64,000 nucleotides of DNA from a bacterium (lineage in GTDB: Bacteria > Zhuqueibacterota > Zhuqueibacteria > Residuimicrobiales > Krinioviventaceae). The stretch lies in contig OY843751.1 in NCBI GenBank assembly GCA_963693055.1, positions 1,888,001 to 1,952,000 on the forward strand. The letters are read 5' to 3'. Both the position numbers and the translations under genes were made by a program. A model generated the notes under the pieces. That model ran no database searches and had not been told where the DNA came from. It saw only the letters and a program-made list of their open reading frames with translations. Below are positions 48,650 through 58,678 of this stretch, in pieces (the stretch's first letter is position 1; each line of letters opens with the position of its first letter).

Positions 48650-49846
48650 ATGAATATGCAAACATGGACAAATAAAATACCTCCTGCACGAAAAGAAGAA
48701 TTGATTCTTTTTTTTCATTCTGCTTTATTTGATGATATTGTACCCTTTTGGGAAAAGTATTCCCTGGATAATGAATTTGGTGGATATCTAACCCGACTCG
48801 AACGCGATGGTAATCCCTATTCCGGCGATAAAGATATGTGGATGACCGGAAGGGAGATCTGGATGTTCAGCCACCTCTATAATCAATACAAACCCGAATC
48901 CCGCTGGAAGGATTCTGCCCGGCTTGGTCTTGAATTTTTGTCGAAATTCGGATTCAAAGATGATGAAAAAATGTATTTCCGTCTGGACAGGCAGGGAAAT
49001 CCCATAGCATCTTCTCTCAGCTTGTTTACCAAAGTTTTTGCATCCATCGGTATGGCAGAATATTGGCAAATTGAGAACGACTCGGATCTTAAAAACAAAG
49101 CGGAAATTTTATATCAACAAATGATGCAAAAGTTTGGTTTACCCAGCGATACACCCATGCTGGGGTATCCCATGAATGCTGAATTTCACTTGCATTCACA
49201 TGACATGTGCAAATTAACTGTGGCCTGGGTTTTTAATAGTATCTGGCCTGATCCACAATACGAGCAGGATTGTGCGGATGCCATTACGTCTATACTGAAT
49301 TTGCACTGGAAACCGCAGGAAAAGGTACTATATGAAAATGTAGCGATGGATGGCACTCCTTTACTGCAATATCCTGAAGGCAGACTTTATCATCCTGGTC
49401 ACAGTATTGAAAGCTCGTGGATGATGATGGAGTTTGCTGATAAAAACAAGGATGAGACGTTGCTGCAAACGGCGATTGATATACTGCTCGCTTCTCTTGA
49501 ACAGGGATGGGATAAAGAATTTGGAGGAATCCGTTATCTCACCAATGTGGATTGGACACCCTGTCACAGTCTGGAAGCCGATTTAAAGTTATGGTGGCCG
49601 CATAGTGAAGCTCTGTATGCGTTAATGCTGGCCTGGGCTTTAACCGGCAGACAAGATATTTCAAATTGGTATACCAAGGTACATGATTATACTTTTAGTC
49701 ACTTTCCTGATCCTGAATATGGCGAGTGGTTCGGTTATTTGAATCGTGATGGTTCACCGGTGTGGACTGCCAAGGCGAACGGCTGGAAAGGATTTTTTCA
49801 TACACCGCGTGCTTTGTTCAGATGTTACCAGTTGTTAAATAAATAA
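48650..49846 (+). CDS. AGE-family (N-acylglucosamine 2-epimerase-like) epimerase/isomerase
   Basis: DIVPFW, GGYLT.L.RDG, DK.MW..GREIW, PGHSIESSW, GWDKEFGG, KLWWPHSE, GEWFGYLNRDG, KGFFHTPR. Confidence 0.92.
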   Translation: MNMQTWTNKIPPARKEELILFFHSALFDDIVPFWEKYSLDNEFGGYLTRLERDGNPYSGDKDMWMTGREIWMFSHLYNQYKPESRWKDSARLGLEFLSKFGFKDDEKMYFRLDRQGNPIASSLSLFTKVFASIGMAEYWQIENDSDLKNKAEILYQQMMQKFGLPSDTPMLGYPMNAEFHLHSHDMCKLTVAWVFNSIWPDPQYEQDCADAITSILNLHWKPQEKVLYENVAMDGTPLLQYPEGRLYHPGHSIESSWMMMEFADKNKDETLLQTAIDILLASLEQGWDKEFGGIRYLTNVDWTPCHSLEADLKLWWPHSEALYALMLAWALTGRQDISNWYTKVHDYTFSHFPDPEYGEWFGYLNRDGSPVWTAKANGWKGFFHTPRALFRCYQLLNK

Positions 49847-49861
49847 TATTCGGGAAAAGAT

Positions 49862-51184
49862 TTGAATCAATTTATAAAAATTTTATCAGTATTCATTATT
49901 GTAATGATGCTGACTAATGGATGTAGTGACCCAGTTCCAAAAAGTGTGCATGTTTCAGATATTGCATTGGGTTGGGCGAAAAATAGCGTGAATACTACAA
50001 TATTGCGCAAGAATTCACTGGTGACTTTTAATGATACGCAATTTACCGCCTTTTATGATTCAACCGGTCATGTAGTACTTGCCAAACGGCAATTGGGCAC
50101 AGATCAGTGGCTGGTTAAGCAAACCCGCTATACCGGCAAAATTACGGATGCACACAATTCCATCAGCATTATGGTAGATGGTGACGGTTATTTGCACATG
50201 GCCTGGAACCATCATAATGACTCACTCCGCTATTGTAAAAGCATTGCTCCCGGTTTATTAGAGTTGACGGAAAAACTATCTATGATAGGTAGGGATGAAG
50301 TTAAGGTCACCTATCCTGAATTTTATCGGTTACCCAGCGGAGATTTAATTTTTCTATATCGTGTAGGAAAATCCGGAGACGGCAAGCTGGTTATGAACCG
50401 ATACAATCTTGTTAAACGAGAGTGGGTACGCTTACAAGACAATCTGATAGATGGTGAAGGAGAGCGAAATGCCTATTGGCAATTTGCAGTAGACTTACAG
50501 GGGACATTTCATCTGTCATGGGTATGGCGTGAAACCGGTGATGTTGCAACCAATCATGACATGTGTTACGCAAAATCCACAGATGGAGGCGTAACCTGGA
50601 TAAAGACAACAGGTGAACTGTGTCAGATTCCTATAAATAAAAACAATGCGGAATATGCTGTTCGTATCTCGCAAAACAGTGAACTGATCAATCAAACATC
50701 CATGTGCGCGGATTCAAAAGGACGTCCTTATATTGCCACTTTTTATCGTCAAGACAAATCATCTATACCGCAATATCACCTGATTTATCATGATGGCAAG
50801 GCCTGGCAGACCCGTCAGGTATCTGACCGAGAGACACCTTTCTCATTAAGTGGAGGAGGAACAAAACGCATTCCCATGAGTCGCCCTGTAATAATAGTGG
50901 ATGATTTGAATGACCGGGATGCGGCATACATGCTGTTTCGAGATATAGAATCTGAAAACAGGGTAATGGTTGCTGTATGTAAAGACTTGACAACCGACAA
51001 GTGGGAAAATAAACCATTGTCAACTAAATCTGTTGGTGCATGGGAACCCAGCTATGATATAGAATTGTGGAAAATGAACAAAATTCTGCATATATTTGTA
51101 CAGAATTCGGGCCAGGGCGATGGAGAAAAATTAGAAACTTTACCATCTCAGATGGTTAGTGTGATAGAATGGAAACCAGAGTGA
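49862..51184 (+). CDS. BNR-4 seven-bladed propeller, PL42 (ex-GH145) L-Rha-alpha-1,4-GlcA lyase-like lipoprotein
   Basis: SVNTT..RKNSLVT, DAHNSISIMVDGDGYLH, TYPEFY, RNAYWQ, WVWRET..V.TNHD, SELINQTSM, PFSLSGGGTK, WEPSYD, GQGDGE, resembling the BT3686-type family as recalled. Confidence 0.75.
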   Translation: MNQFIKILSVFIIVMMLTNGCSDPVPKSVHVSDIALGWAKNSVNTTILRKNSLVTFNDTQFTAFYDSTGHVVLAKRQLGTDQWLVKQTRYTGKITDAHNSISIMVDGDGYLHMAWNHHNDSLRYCKSIAPGLLELTEKLSMIGRDEVKVTYPEFYRLPSGDLIFLYRVGKSGDGKLVMNRYNLVKREWVRLQDNLIDGEGERNAYWQFAVDLQGTFHLSWVWRETGDVATNHDMCYAKSTDGGVTWIKTTGELCQIPINKNNAEYAVRISQNSELINQTSMCADSKGRPYIATFYRQDKSSIPQYHLIYHDGKAWQTRQVSDRETPFSLSGGGTKRIPMSRPVIIVDDLNDRDAAYMLFRDIESENRVMVAVCKDLTTDKWENKPLSTKSVGAWEPSYDIELWKMNKILHIFVQNSGQGDGEKLETLPSQMVSVIEWKPE

Positions 51185-51212
51185 TATAACCGAAAAATCA
51201 AAAGGAAAATCT

Positions 51213-52187
51213 ATGAGCGAGAAAACATATATTGGAATTGATATTGGTGGAACCAAAACAGCCGTATTGCTGGTTGATGAAACAGGCAAATTGCTTGAAC
51301 GTAAGCAGTTTCAAACCTTTACAGGTAATGGCGGCTGGCAAAAAAGTCTGGATGAAATTATTTCCATGATAAAGGAACATCAAGATCAAGCTTCTCCTAC
51401 AGCTATTGGTATCAGTTGCGGTGGTCCTTTGAACAGCAGAACCGGCATGATCTTGTCTCCACCCAATTTACCGGGATGGGATAATGTACCCATTATTGAA
51501 CTTTTGAACAAAGAATTTGGTTTACCTGTAGCTCTGGAAAATGATGCAAATGCCGGCGCGTTGGCTGAATGGCGCTTTGGTGCGGGCAAGGGCAGTCGTA
51601 ATATGATATTTTTAACATTTGGCACGGGTCTGGGAGCCGGGCTTGTATTGGATGGCCGGTTATATTCAGGTACCAATGATCTGGGTGGTGAAGCGGGACA
51701 TTTGCGTTTGGATGATGACGGTCCCATTGGTTTTAACAAACGTGGATCTTTTGAAGGCTTTTGCAGCGGCACAGGCTTGTCACAGATGATGGCATTTGAA
51801 CTCTTGTGTCTGACCGAAGAAATTGGTAAAGAAGCCATGCTCGAAAAATATAAAGAACCGGGCCAGGTTACGGGCAAAGATGTTGTGATTTGGGCACAGG
51901 ATGGCGATCCTCTAGCGCTCAAAGTTGTTGAAAAAAGCGGAACCTATTTGGGCAAAGGATTATCGCTTTTAATTGATATTATAAATCCTGAATTGATTGT
52001 TATTGGAAGCATGGGTGTGCGCCTGGGTGACATGCTTTTTGATCCTGCCAGAAAAGTGATTGAAAAAGAAGCAATTCCCGGTGCGGTTGAGGTCTGTAAA
52101 ATTGTGCCCGCGGAACTGGGTGAAAAAATTGGTGATTATGCTGCGTTATGTGTGGCTATTAAAGCAGAAGAAAATAGTATAAATTAA
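51213..52187 (+). CDS. ROK family sugar kinase
   Basis: GIDIGGTKT, SPPNLPGW, LENDANAGALAEWRFGAG, GTGLGAG, GEAGH; no HTH. Confidence 0.93.
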   Translation: MSEKTYIGIDIGGTKTAVLLVDETGKLLERKQFQTFTGNGGWQKSLDEIISMIKEHQDQASPTAIGISCGGPLNSRTGMILSPPNLPGWDNVPIIELLNKEFGLPVALENDANAGALAEWRFGAGKGSRNMIFLTFGTGLGAGLVLDGRLYSGTNDLGGEAGHLRLDDDGPIGFNKRGSFEGFCSGTGLSQMMAFELLCLTEEIGKEAMLEKYKEPGQVTGKDVVIWAQDGDPLALKVVEKSGTYLGKGLSLLIDIINPELIVIGSMGVRLGDMLFDPARKVIEKEAIPGAVEVCKIVPAELGEKIGDYAALCVAIKAEENSIN

Positions 52188-52213
52188 ATATTCCTCTTGA
52201 AATGAGGTGATCT

Positions 52214-53455
52214 ATGAAACGTTTTACAAGCCGTTTAAATAGCAATTTTGACAATCCAAGCCGACGGGATTTCCTCAAGCAGGGCGGTATAGCAGCTTTG
52301 GGAATTTCATTATCCGCAAATCCATCTTTTGCGGTCAATACAGCACCCAAAAAACTCAGAATAGGTATAGTAGGTGGAAGGTTTGGCGCCAGTTTCTTTT
52401 TTCATGAGCATCCGGATTGTGTTGTTGAGGCTGTGAGTGATTTGAGACCTGAACGACGTGAACACCTCATGAAAACCTATAATTGTTCAAAATCATACAA
52501 CTCTCTGGAAGAGTTGGTTAAAGATAAAGAAATTGATGCGGTAGGCGTTTTTACCGAAGGTCCCAACCACGTAAAGCATGTGCTGGAATGCTTGAATCAT
52601 GGTAAGCATGTGATTTGTGCGGTTCCTGCCTGTTGGGCAACCCTGGAAGAGGCGGAACAGTTGTATAATGCTGTTAAATCTTCCGGATTGATATATATGA
52701 TGGCTGAAACCAGTTATTATCAGCAGCACACTATATCAGCTCGTGACTTTTATAAAAAAGGCGAGTTTGGTGAGATCTATTACTGTGAGTCTGAATATCA
52801 GCACAACGGATTGGAATCTTTATATATTGAAGATGGTAAACGCACCTGGCGTTATGGCGTTGCTCCAATGCATTACCCCACACATTGTACTGCTCATTTG
52901 CTCAGTGTAACGGGTGAACGGCTTGAAAAGGTCTCCTGCAATGGCTGGGGAGATGGAGATCCGATATTAAAAGACAATCCCTATAACAATCCTTTTTGGA
53001 ATGAATCCGCAATGTTTACAACGGATAAAGGCCATGCCTTTCGGGTAAATGTATGGTGGAAAGGAGCGCATTTGGGTTGTGAGCGGGCCCAATGGATTGG
53101 TAACAAGATGAGCTTTTATACCCATAATCCGGTTGGCTTTGGTTCTACTCTGGTTGAAGCTACCAGTGTGATGGGTAAAGATGATGCAGGCTTTGCCCGA
53201 TTAGAAGCAAAAAAGACCCCATATGAGCAGCCGGAATGGTGGAAAACCGATCTGTTACCTGAACCGTTGCGCCATAATAGTGGTCATCATGGATCTCATA
53301 CGTTTTTAACCCACGAGTTTGTAGACGCCTGCATTCATGAACGAAAACCTGTTATTGATATTCTCGAGGCACTGGCATATACAGTACCGGGTATTGTTGC
53401 CCACCAGTCCGCATTGAATGGTGGAGAAAGCAAAACAATTCCACAGTTTGTATAA
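52214..53455 (+). CDS. Tat-exported Gfo/Idh/MocA oxidoreductase, GH109-like
   Basis: SRRDFLK, IGIVGG, YMMAETSYY, HYPTH, HNSGHHGSH. Confidence 0.85.
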   Translation: MKRFTSRLNSNFDNPSRRDFLKQGGIAALGISLSANPSFAVNTAPKKLRIGIVGGRFGASFFFHEHPDCVVEAVSDLRPERREHLMKTYNCSKSYNSLEELVKDKEIDAVGVFTEGPNHVKHVLECLNHGKHVICAVPACWATLEEAEQLYNAVKSSGLIYMMAETSYYQQHTISARDFYKKGEFGEIYYCESEYQHNGLESLYIEDGKRTWRYGVAPMHYPTHCTAHLLSVTGERLEKVSCNGWGDGDPILKDNPYNNPFWNESAMFTTDKGHAFRVNVWWKGAHLGCERAQWIGNKMSFYTHNPVGFGSTLVEATSVMGKDDAGFARLEAKKTPYEQPEWWKTDLLPEPLRHNSGHHGSHTFLTHEFVDACIHERKPVIDILEALAYTVPGIVAHQSALNGGESKTIPQFV

Positions 53456-53479
53456 TTTATATAGGATTGTTGTACGCGT

Positions 53480-55048
53480 ATGTTTAAGATAATTCGTAAA
53501 ATTACATTACTGCTATTACTTGTTGGATTTTTTAGTTCGGTTTTTTCGGGTCAATATAACATATTGGATTATGGTGCAGTTGGAGACTCTCAATTTTTGA
53601 ATACCCGTGCAATCCAGACTGCAATTGATGCCTGTACTAAATCCGGAGGTGGGACTGTACTTGTGCCGGCGGGTACCTGGTTGACCGGAACGCTACTACT
53701 AAAAGACAACGTGTCCCTTTTTTTAGAATCCGGTGCTACACTTTTGGGCAGTCCCTATTTACGTGATTATCCCCTTACCATACCCGCAATTCGTTCTTAT
53801 ACTGACAATTACACAAACAAGAGTCTGATTTACGCAGAGTATGCAGAAAATATATCCATATTAGGCCAAGGTACAATCAATGGCCAAGGCGAGCTGTTTA
53901 CCGGAGATTATAAAACACGGCCTTATCTCATCCGCATGATAGGCTGCTCGAATGTTACGGTGAAAAACATTTCTTTGCTGCACTCACCCATGTGGGTACA
54001 GCATTATCTCGAATGTGATCATGTTTTGATAGACGGGATAACCGTGCGCAGTTTGAAAGAGCAGAATAATGACGGTATCGACATTGATAGCTGCCATTTT
54101 GTGCGCATTGCCAATTGCGATATCGACAGTGGCGATGATGCAATTGTGTTGAAAAGTACAACGAACCGTATTTGCAGGGATGTTGTGGTTACAAATTGTA
54201 TTTTGAAATCGCAGGCCAGTGCGTTAAAATGCGGGACTGAATCCAATGGCGGATTTGAAAATATTACCATTGACAACTGTGTTGTTCGCGACACTCGTCG
54301 TTCAGGTATCGCCCTGGAGATGGTGGATGGTGGTATTATGGACCGGGTAACCGTATCTAATATCATTGTTGAGAATTCTGGCAGTGCGATATTTGTGCGC
54401 CTTGCCAATCGGGCACGCCCCATTAATGCAGAAAGAGGGCGGTCTTATAATGATTTAAAACGACCGGGTATGGGGACTATGCGAAATATTATGATCAGCA
54501 ATGTACAGGCAACCGGTATTGACAGTATTGGCTCATCCATAACCGGGCAACCAGGGCACCCCATAGAAAACATAATGCTTGAGAATATTCGCATTCAATA
54601 CAATGGCGGCGGTACACGTGAACATGCTGCGAGAGATGTGGGTGAATACCCGGAATCGTATCCTGAATATGATCGCTTGGGCGGCCCATTACCCGCGTAT
54701 GGATTTTATTGTCGTCATGTGAATAATTTGAAATTGGAAAATATAGAGGTTACCTTTGCTCAGGACGATGAGCGTCCGGCTCTGGTTTGTGACGATGTAA
54801 AGCAATTAAAGGTTTTAGATTATAATGCAAAATTATTGCGTAATGTTAATGCAATGATTTATTTTAAAAATGTACAGGATGCATATGTTTCAGATTGCAG
54901 CTCCTTTACTTCGGTTCAACATTTGATTTGGGTAAAAGGTGAACATACACGCCGGATTGTAATTGATGAAAAGAATCCCTGGAAGGTCAACAAAATACTA
55001 GAAATGGATTCAAATGTGTCAAAAAAGGAAATAAAATTTTACAAATGA
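53480..55048 (+). CDS. GH28 family glycoside hydrolase (right-handed beta-helix)
   Basis: YNILDYGAVGD, AIQTAIDAC, NNDGIDID, SGDDAIVLKS, KCGTES. Confidence 0.92.
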   Translation: MFKIIRKITLLLLLVGFFSSVFSGQYNILDYGAVGDSQFLNTRAIQTAIDACTKSGGGTVLVPAGTWLTGTLLLKDNVSLFLESGATLLGSPYLRDYPLTIPAIRSYTDNYTNKSLIYAEYAENISILGQGTINGQGELFTGDYKTRPYLIRMIGCSNVTVKNISLLHSPMWVQHYLECDHVLIDGITVRSLKEQNNDGIDIDSCHFVRIANCDIDSGDDAIVLKSTTNRICRDVVVTNCILKSQASALKCGTESNGGFENITIDNCVVRDTRRSGIALEMVDGGIMDRVTVSNIIVENSGSAIFVRLANRARPINAERGRSYNDLKRPGMGTMRNIMISNVQATGIDSIGSSITGQPGHPIENIMLENIRIQYNGGGTREHAARDVGEYPESYPEYDRLGGPLPAYGFYCRHVNNLKLENIEVTFAQDDERPALVCDDVKQLKVLDYNAKLLRNVNAMIYFKNVQDAYVSDCSSFTSVQHLIWVKGEHTRRIVIDEKNPWKVNKILEMDSNVSKKEIKFYK

Positions 55049-55084
55049 TCATAGAATTATGTTTTGATTGAGAAAGGCTGTACT

Positions 55085-57859
55085 ATGAAAAAGTTGCTCG
55101 TTCTTTCCATTTTACTGTTTTGCGCAGAGGTGTTTGCTATGCCGGACATGAGCTATTTACCTGAATTAAACGGAACACATGATCTGAGTCTGCCGGATTG
55201 GGGTCCCTATACCAAACGATACATTGGTGTATCTCATATTACTGATGTGGATCAGGGGACCCGTTTTGATCTGAGCGTGTTCCCCGGTTATTACCGTCGT
55301 AAGGTATTTGTGCCTAATGTATTTTACGAATCAGGATACCATCCCTGGGAAGCGTCTCCAAATTTTGAGTATTTCAGTTTTCGTCATGAAATCGAATGGC
55401 AGGATGAGGTCTATACCGATGTTTCTTATTCAGAGATTGACAAAAATTCCCGACTGGTGCGTGTGGAATGTGTAAATAATACGGATTTGAACCAGAGCCT
55501 GGCGCTGCATTTTATGGCGTCTCTGCATTTTCCACCTATCAAGGCATACAGCCCTTATACACCACTGTACATGGGGTTGATTACGCTGCCGGCAAAAGCA
55601 GTCTGGATTGACGCACTGGACTATCAGGATTTGACCTTTATTAATCCTCGTCCACAGGACAATCTGGTATACGATGGTAAGATGCGTGCAGAGATCCGAG
55701 ATGATGGATTTGTAAATGGATCAGGAATTGGACTTGGCTTTGGTGCGGACAAGGGCGATAAAGTCAGCTATGTCATCAAGACCGATGTACCGGTTGATGA
55801 CGCTGTATTATACATCCGTTATAATATGAGCAAAAACCACAGTGTAACTTTTAATGTGACTGGAATGGTTACTGCCAATTTAACCTTATCCGGTAATGGT
55901 GATTTTGCATACCAAACTATTGATCTTGGCAAGGTGTATCCTGGTTCTCAGTTGATTACCCTGGAATCACAGGGAGGAAGTGCAGTTGAGCTGGATGGGA
56001 TGACTGTGATATCAAAACCGGATGTAAAATCAATCAATATTGTCAATAAAGACTGGGACCCGGTCCCGGAAATTCTTGATGGCCCAACAAAGAATTCTAT
56101 AATCCTGAAATACAAAGATATTGATCTTTATTATGGTATTTCATGGGATTTTGACATGTTCCAGATCCGTGAATGGTATATGCGTGACCTGGGTGATTAT
56201 TTTAAACAAATGAGCAATGAACATGTAAAGACGGTCTTTAAAGGAGAAGGAAAAGGCCATTTTACCAATATCTTTTTCAGACCCGTTAATATTGAGCCTC
56301 GCTCCACCAAGATTATAAACGGACTGGTTTGTTGTGGAACCAAAGAAAAAGTGGAAAGCTATCTGAGTGACAATAGCAATACCGCTGAAAAATATGATTC
56401 TATTTATAAAGATGCGCGATCTCATCTGGTTAATTTGGATGCTAATCCTGAAGGTGAAAAATACAAGTTTAGTATAGAGCGCATGACCGCTACTACAACC
56501 TGCAACGTGGTATATCCGGTGTATACTCAGAAACAATATATCCGTCACAGTGCTCCCGGTCGCTGGTGGGATTGTTTGTATACCTGGGATTCCGGATTTA
56601 TTGGTATTGGACTGTTACAATTAGATGAACGTCGTGCAGTAGAAAACTTGAATGCTTATGTGAACGAACCCGGAGCACAGTCTGCATTCATCCATCATGG
56701 TACACCGGTCCCGGTTCAGCATTACCTGTTTCTCGAGTTGTGGAACCAGCTCCAGTCCACCAAATATTTGGAATATTTTTATCCCCGTTTAAAACAATAT
56801 CACGAATTTATGGCCGGCCGTCTGGGTAGTTCTTCAACCCGTACAATGAAATCTAATTTATTAAAAACCTGGGACTATTTTTACAATTCAGGTGGCTGGG
56901 ATGATTATCCTCCTCAAAAATATCTACATGAACAGCGCTGGGAAAGTAATGTTACGCCGGTTGTTACAACCGCGCATGTAATACGTACCGCTAAAATCCT
57001 GAAAATGGCTGCAACACAATTGGGTCTGACCCAGGATATTAAGGCGTACGATAAAGATATTGAAATGTTTTCCAAGGCACTGCAAAAATACTCGTGGGAT
57101 GAGGATTCTGGTTATTTTGGTTACGTAGTGCACAATGAAAAGGGCAAACCCGAACATATTATGAAATATGAAGATAAAGTGAATTATAATATGGGGCTCG
57201 GTGGAGCGTATCCCTTGTTCTCTGGTATTTGTGATGACGAGCAGAAGCAGATCCTGTTGGAAAAATTGAAATCCGATAAACATATCTGGTCGCAGGTTGG
57301 ATTGTCTGCTGTTGATCAATCCGCACCTTATTATCGCACAGATGGGTACTGGAACGGTACGGTTTGGTTGTCTCATCAATGGTTTTTCTGGAAATCCATG
57401 CTGGATCTGGGTGAAGGCGAGTTTGCTTTCAAGATTGCCAAAACCGCACTCGAAACCTGGAAACGCGAAGTTGAAGCCTCATATACATGTGCTGAGCATT
57501 TCCTCATTGAAACCGGACGCGGGGCCGGGTGGCACGAGTTTGGCGGACTCTCTGCACCGGTACTGGATTGGTATACGTCCTATTTTCGTCCCGGTCATTT
57601 AACAACCGGTCTGGATGTTTGGACGAACCAAACTGTATTTGATAAGGATAACACCGAATTAAGTACAGAATTTGACATTTTTAGTGATGATAACAAGACC
57701 TGCTCTGTTGTGGTATGTATGAATCCGGAATATTCATATAAAGCTGTATGGAACGGTGTTGAGGTACCGGTTAACGAGTTTGCAAAAGGAACATTGAGTA
57801 TTGATCTGCCGATCGAAAAACTGGAACACGGTTCTTTAAAGGTTACCAAGGCAAATTAA
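55085..57859 (+). CDS. GH63/MGH1-like (alpha/alpha)6 glycoside hydrolase with internal CBM-like insert
   Basis: Signal peptide, WGPYTK, LYTWDSGF, SGGWDDYP, WDEDSGYF, YWNGTVW, EHF...G.G...F.GLS. Confidence 0.8.
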   Translation: MKKLLVLSILLFCAEVFAMPDMSYLPELNGTHDLSLPDWGPYTKRYIGVSHITDVDQGTRFDLSVFPGYYRRKVFVPNVFYESGYHPWEASPNFEYFSFRHEIEWQDEVYTDVSYSEIDKNSRLVRVECVNNTDLNQSLALHFMASLHFPPIKAYSPYTPLYMGLITLPAKAVWIDALDYQDLTFINPRPQDNLVYDGKMRAEIRDDGFVNGSGIGLGFGADKGDKVSYVIKTDVPVDDAVLYIRYNMSKNHSVTFNVTGMVTANLTLSGNGDFAYQTIDLGKVYPGSQLITLESQGGSAVELDGMTVISKPDVKSINIVNKDWDPVPEILDGPTKNSIILKYKDIDLYYGISWDFDMFQIREWYMRDLGDYFKQMSNEHVKTVFKGEGKGHFTNIFFRPVNIEPRSTKIINGLVCCGTKEKVESYLSDNSNTAEKYDSIYKDARSHLVNLDANPEGEKYKFSIERMTATTTCNVVYPVYTQKQYIRHSAPGRWWDCLYTWDSGFIGIGLLQLDERRAVENLNAYVNEPGAQSAFIHHGTPVPVQHYLFLELWNQLQSTKYLEYFYPRLKQYHEFMAGRLGSSSTRTMKSNLLKTWDYFYNSGGWDDYPPQKYLHEQRWESNVTPVVTTAHVIRTAKILKMAATQLGLTQDIKAYDKDIEMFSKALQKYSWDEDSGYFGYVVHNEKGKPEHIMKYEDKVNYNMGLGGAYPLFSGICDDEQKQILLEKLKSDKHIWSQVGLSAVDQSAPYYRTDGYWNGTVWLSHQWFFWKSMLDLGEGEFAFKIAKTALETWKREVEASYTCAEHFLIETGRGAGWHEFGGLSAPVLDWYTSYFRPGHLTTGLDVWTNQTVFDKDNTELSTEFDIFSDDNKTCSVVVCMNPEYSYKAVWNGVEVPVNEFAKGTLSIDLPIEKLEHGSLKVTKAN

Positions 57860-57868
57860 AATTGATTG

Positions 57869-57905
57869 AAAAGGATCGGTAGTGAAAATAGCCGATCTTT
57901 TTTTT
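57869..57905 (+). terminator. Rho-independent terminator
   Basis: AAAAGGATCGG...CCGATCTTTT followed by a T run. Confidence 0.8.
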
Positions 57906-57907
57906 AT

Positions 57908-57936
57908 TTGCTATTCAGTGTTTTTTTTAGTATGGT
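57908..57936 (+). promoter_or_regulatory. Candidate promoter for the DUF1080-UroD-MFS-Gfo-PL2 operon
   Basis: TTGCTA-17 bp-TATGGT, the same pattern as the candidate at 18200. Confidence 0.35.
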
Positions 57937-57970
57937 AAAAAATGAGTAAGAAAAGGGAAGAGAGGCGTTT

Positions 57971-58669
57971 ATGAAGAAATTGATTTTTGCAATATTTATA
58001 ATGGTGTTTTTATTTCTTGTATCATGCTCGCAGCAACAAGAGTGGAAACCCTTATTTGATGGTAAAACATTTGACGGTTGGAGAGGACTGAATCGTACAT
58101 CTATACCGGATTCCGGTTGGGTTATTAAAGACGGTATGATTAAATGTACCGGTGTACCTGGAAGTGGTGATATCATTACTGAAAAGGAATATGGACAATT
58201 TGAATTCAAGTTTGAATGGAAAATGATCACCAAGGGCGGCAACAGCGGAATCAAATATTTTGTTGTTGAAGAACTTAGCACAGGTCATGGCGGTATAGGG
58301 TTGGAATTTCAGCTTCTTGATGATTTAAACCACCCCATGATGCAGGAAGGTACCATGAAACCCAATGATTATCATACTACGGGTGCTTTGTATGAATTGT
58401 ATGCTCCCAGTGAAGATAAAGTATTGCATCCCTATGGTGAATGGAACCAGGGGAAAATCGTATCAAAAGGAAAGCATTTGGAGCACTGGTTGAATGGCAA
58501 ACTGGTAATGGAGTGTGAACGCGGCAGCGATGATTTTCAGGCAAGAGTCGCTAAAAGTAAATTCAAGAAATATCCTGATTTTGCATTATCAGAAACCGGT
58601 CATATCTTGATCCAAAATCATAGCAGTCAAACAGTACTACGAAACCTATTCATTCGCGAATTAAAGTAA
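57971..58669 (+). CDS. DUF1080 (3-keto-disaccharide hydrolase/lyase family) lipoprotein
   Basis: Lipobox LVSC, WKPLFDGKTFDGW, GNSGIKY, EFQLLDD, GEWN, HWLNG, GHILIQNH. Confidence 0.9.
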   Translation: MKKLIFAIFIMVFLFLVSCSQQQEWKPLFDGKTFDGWRGLNRTSIPDSGWVIKDGMIKCTGVPGSGDIITEKEYGQFEFKFEWKMITKGGNSGIKYFVVEELSTGHGGIGLEFQLLDDLNHPMMQEGTMKPNDYHTTGALYELYAPSEDKVLHPYGEWNQGKIVSKGKHLEHWLNGKLVMECERGSDDFQARVAKSKFKKYPDFALSETGHILIQNHSSQTVLRNLFIRELK

Positions 58670-58678
58670 GGAACTTTC

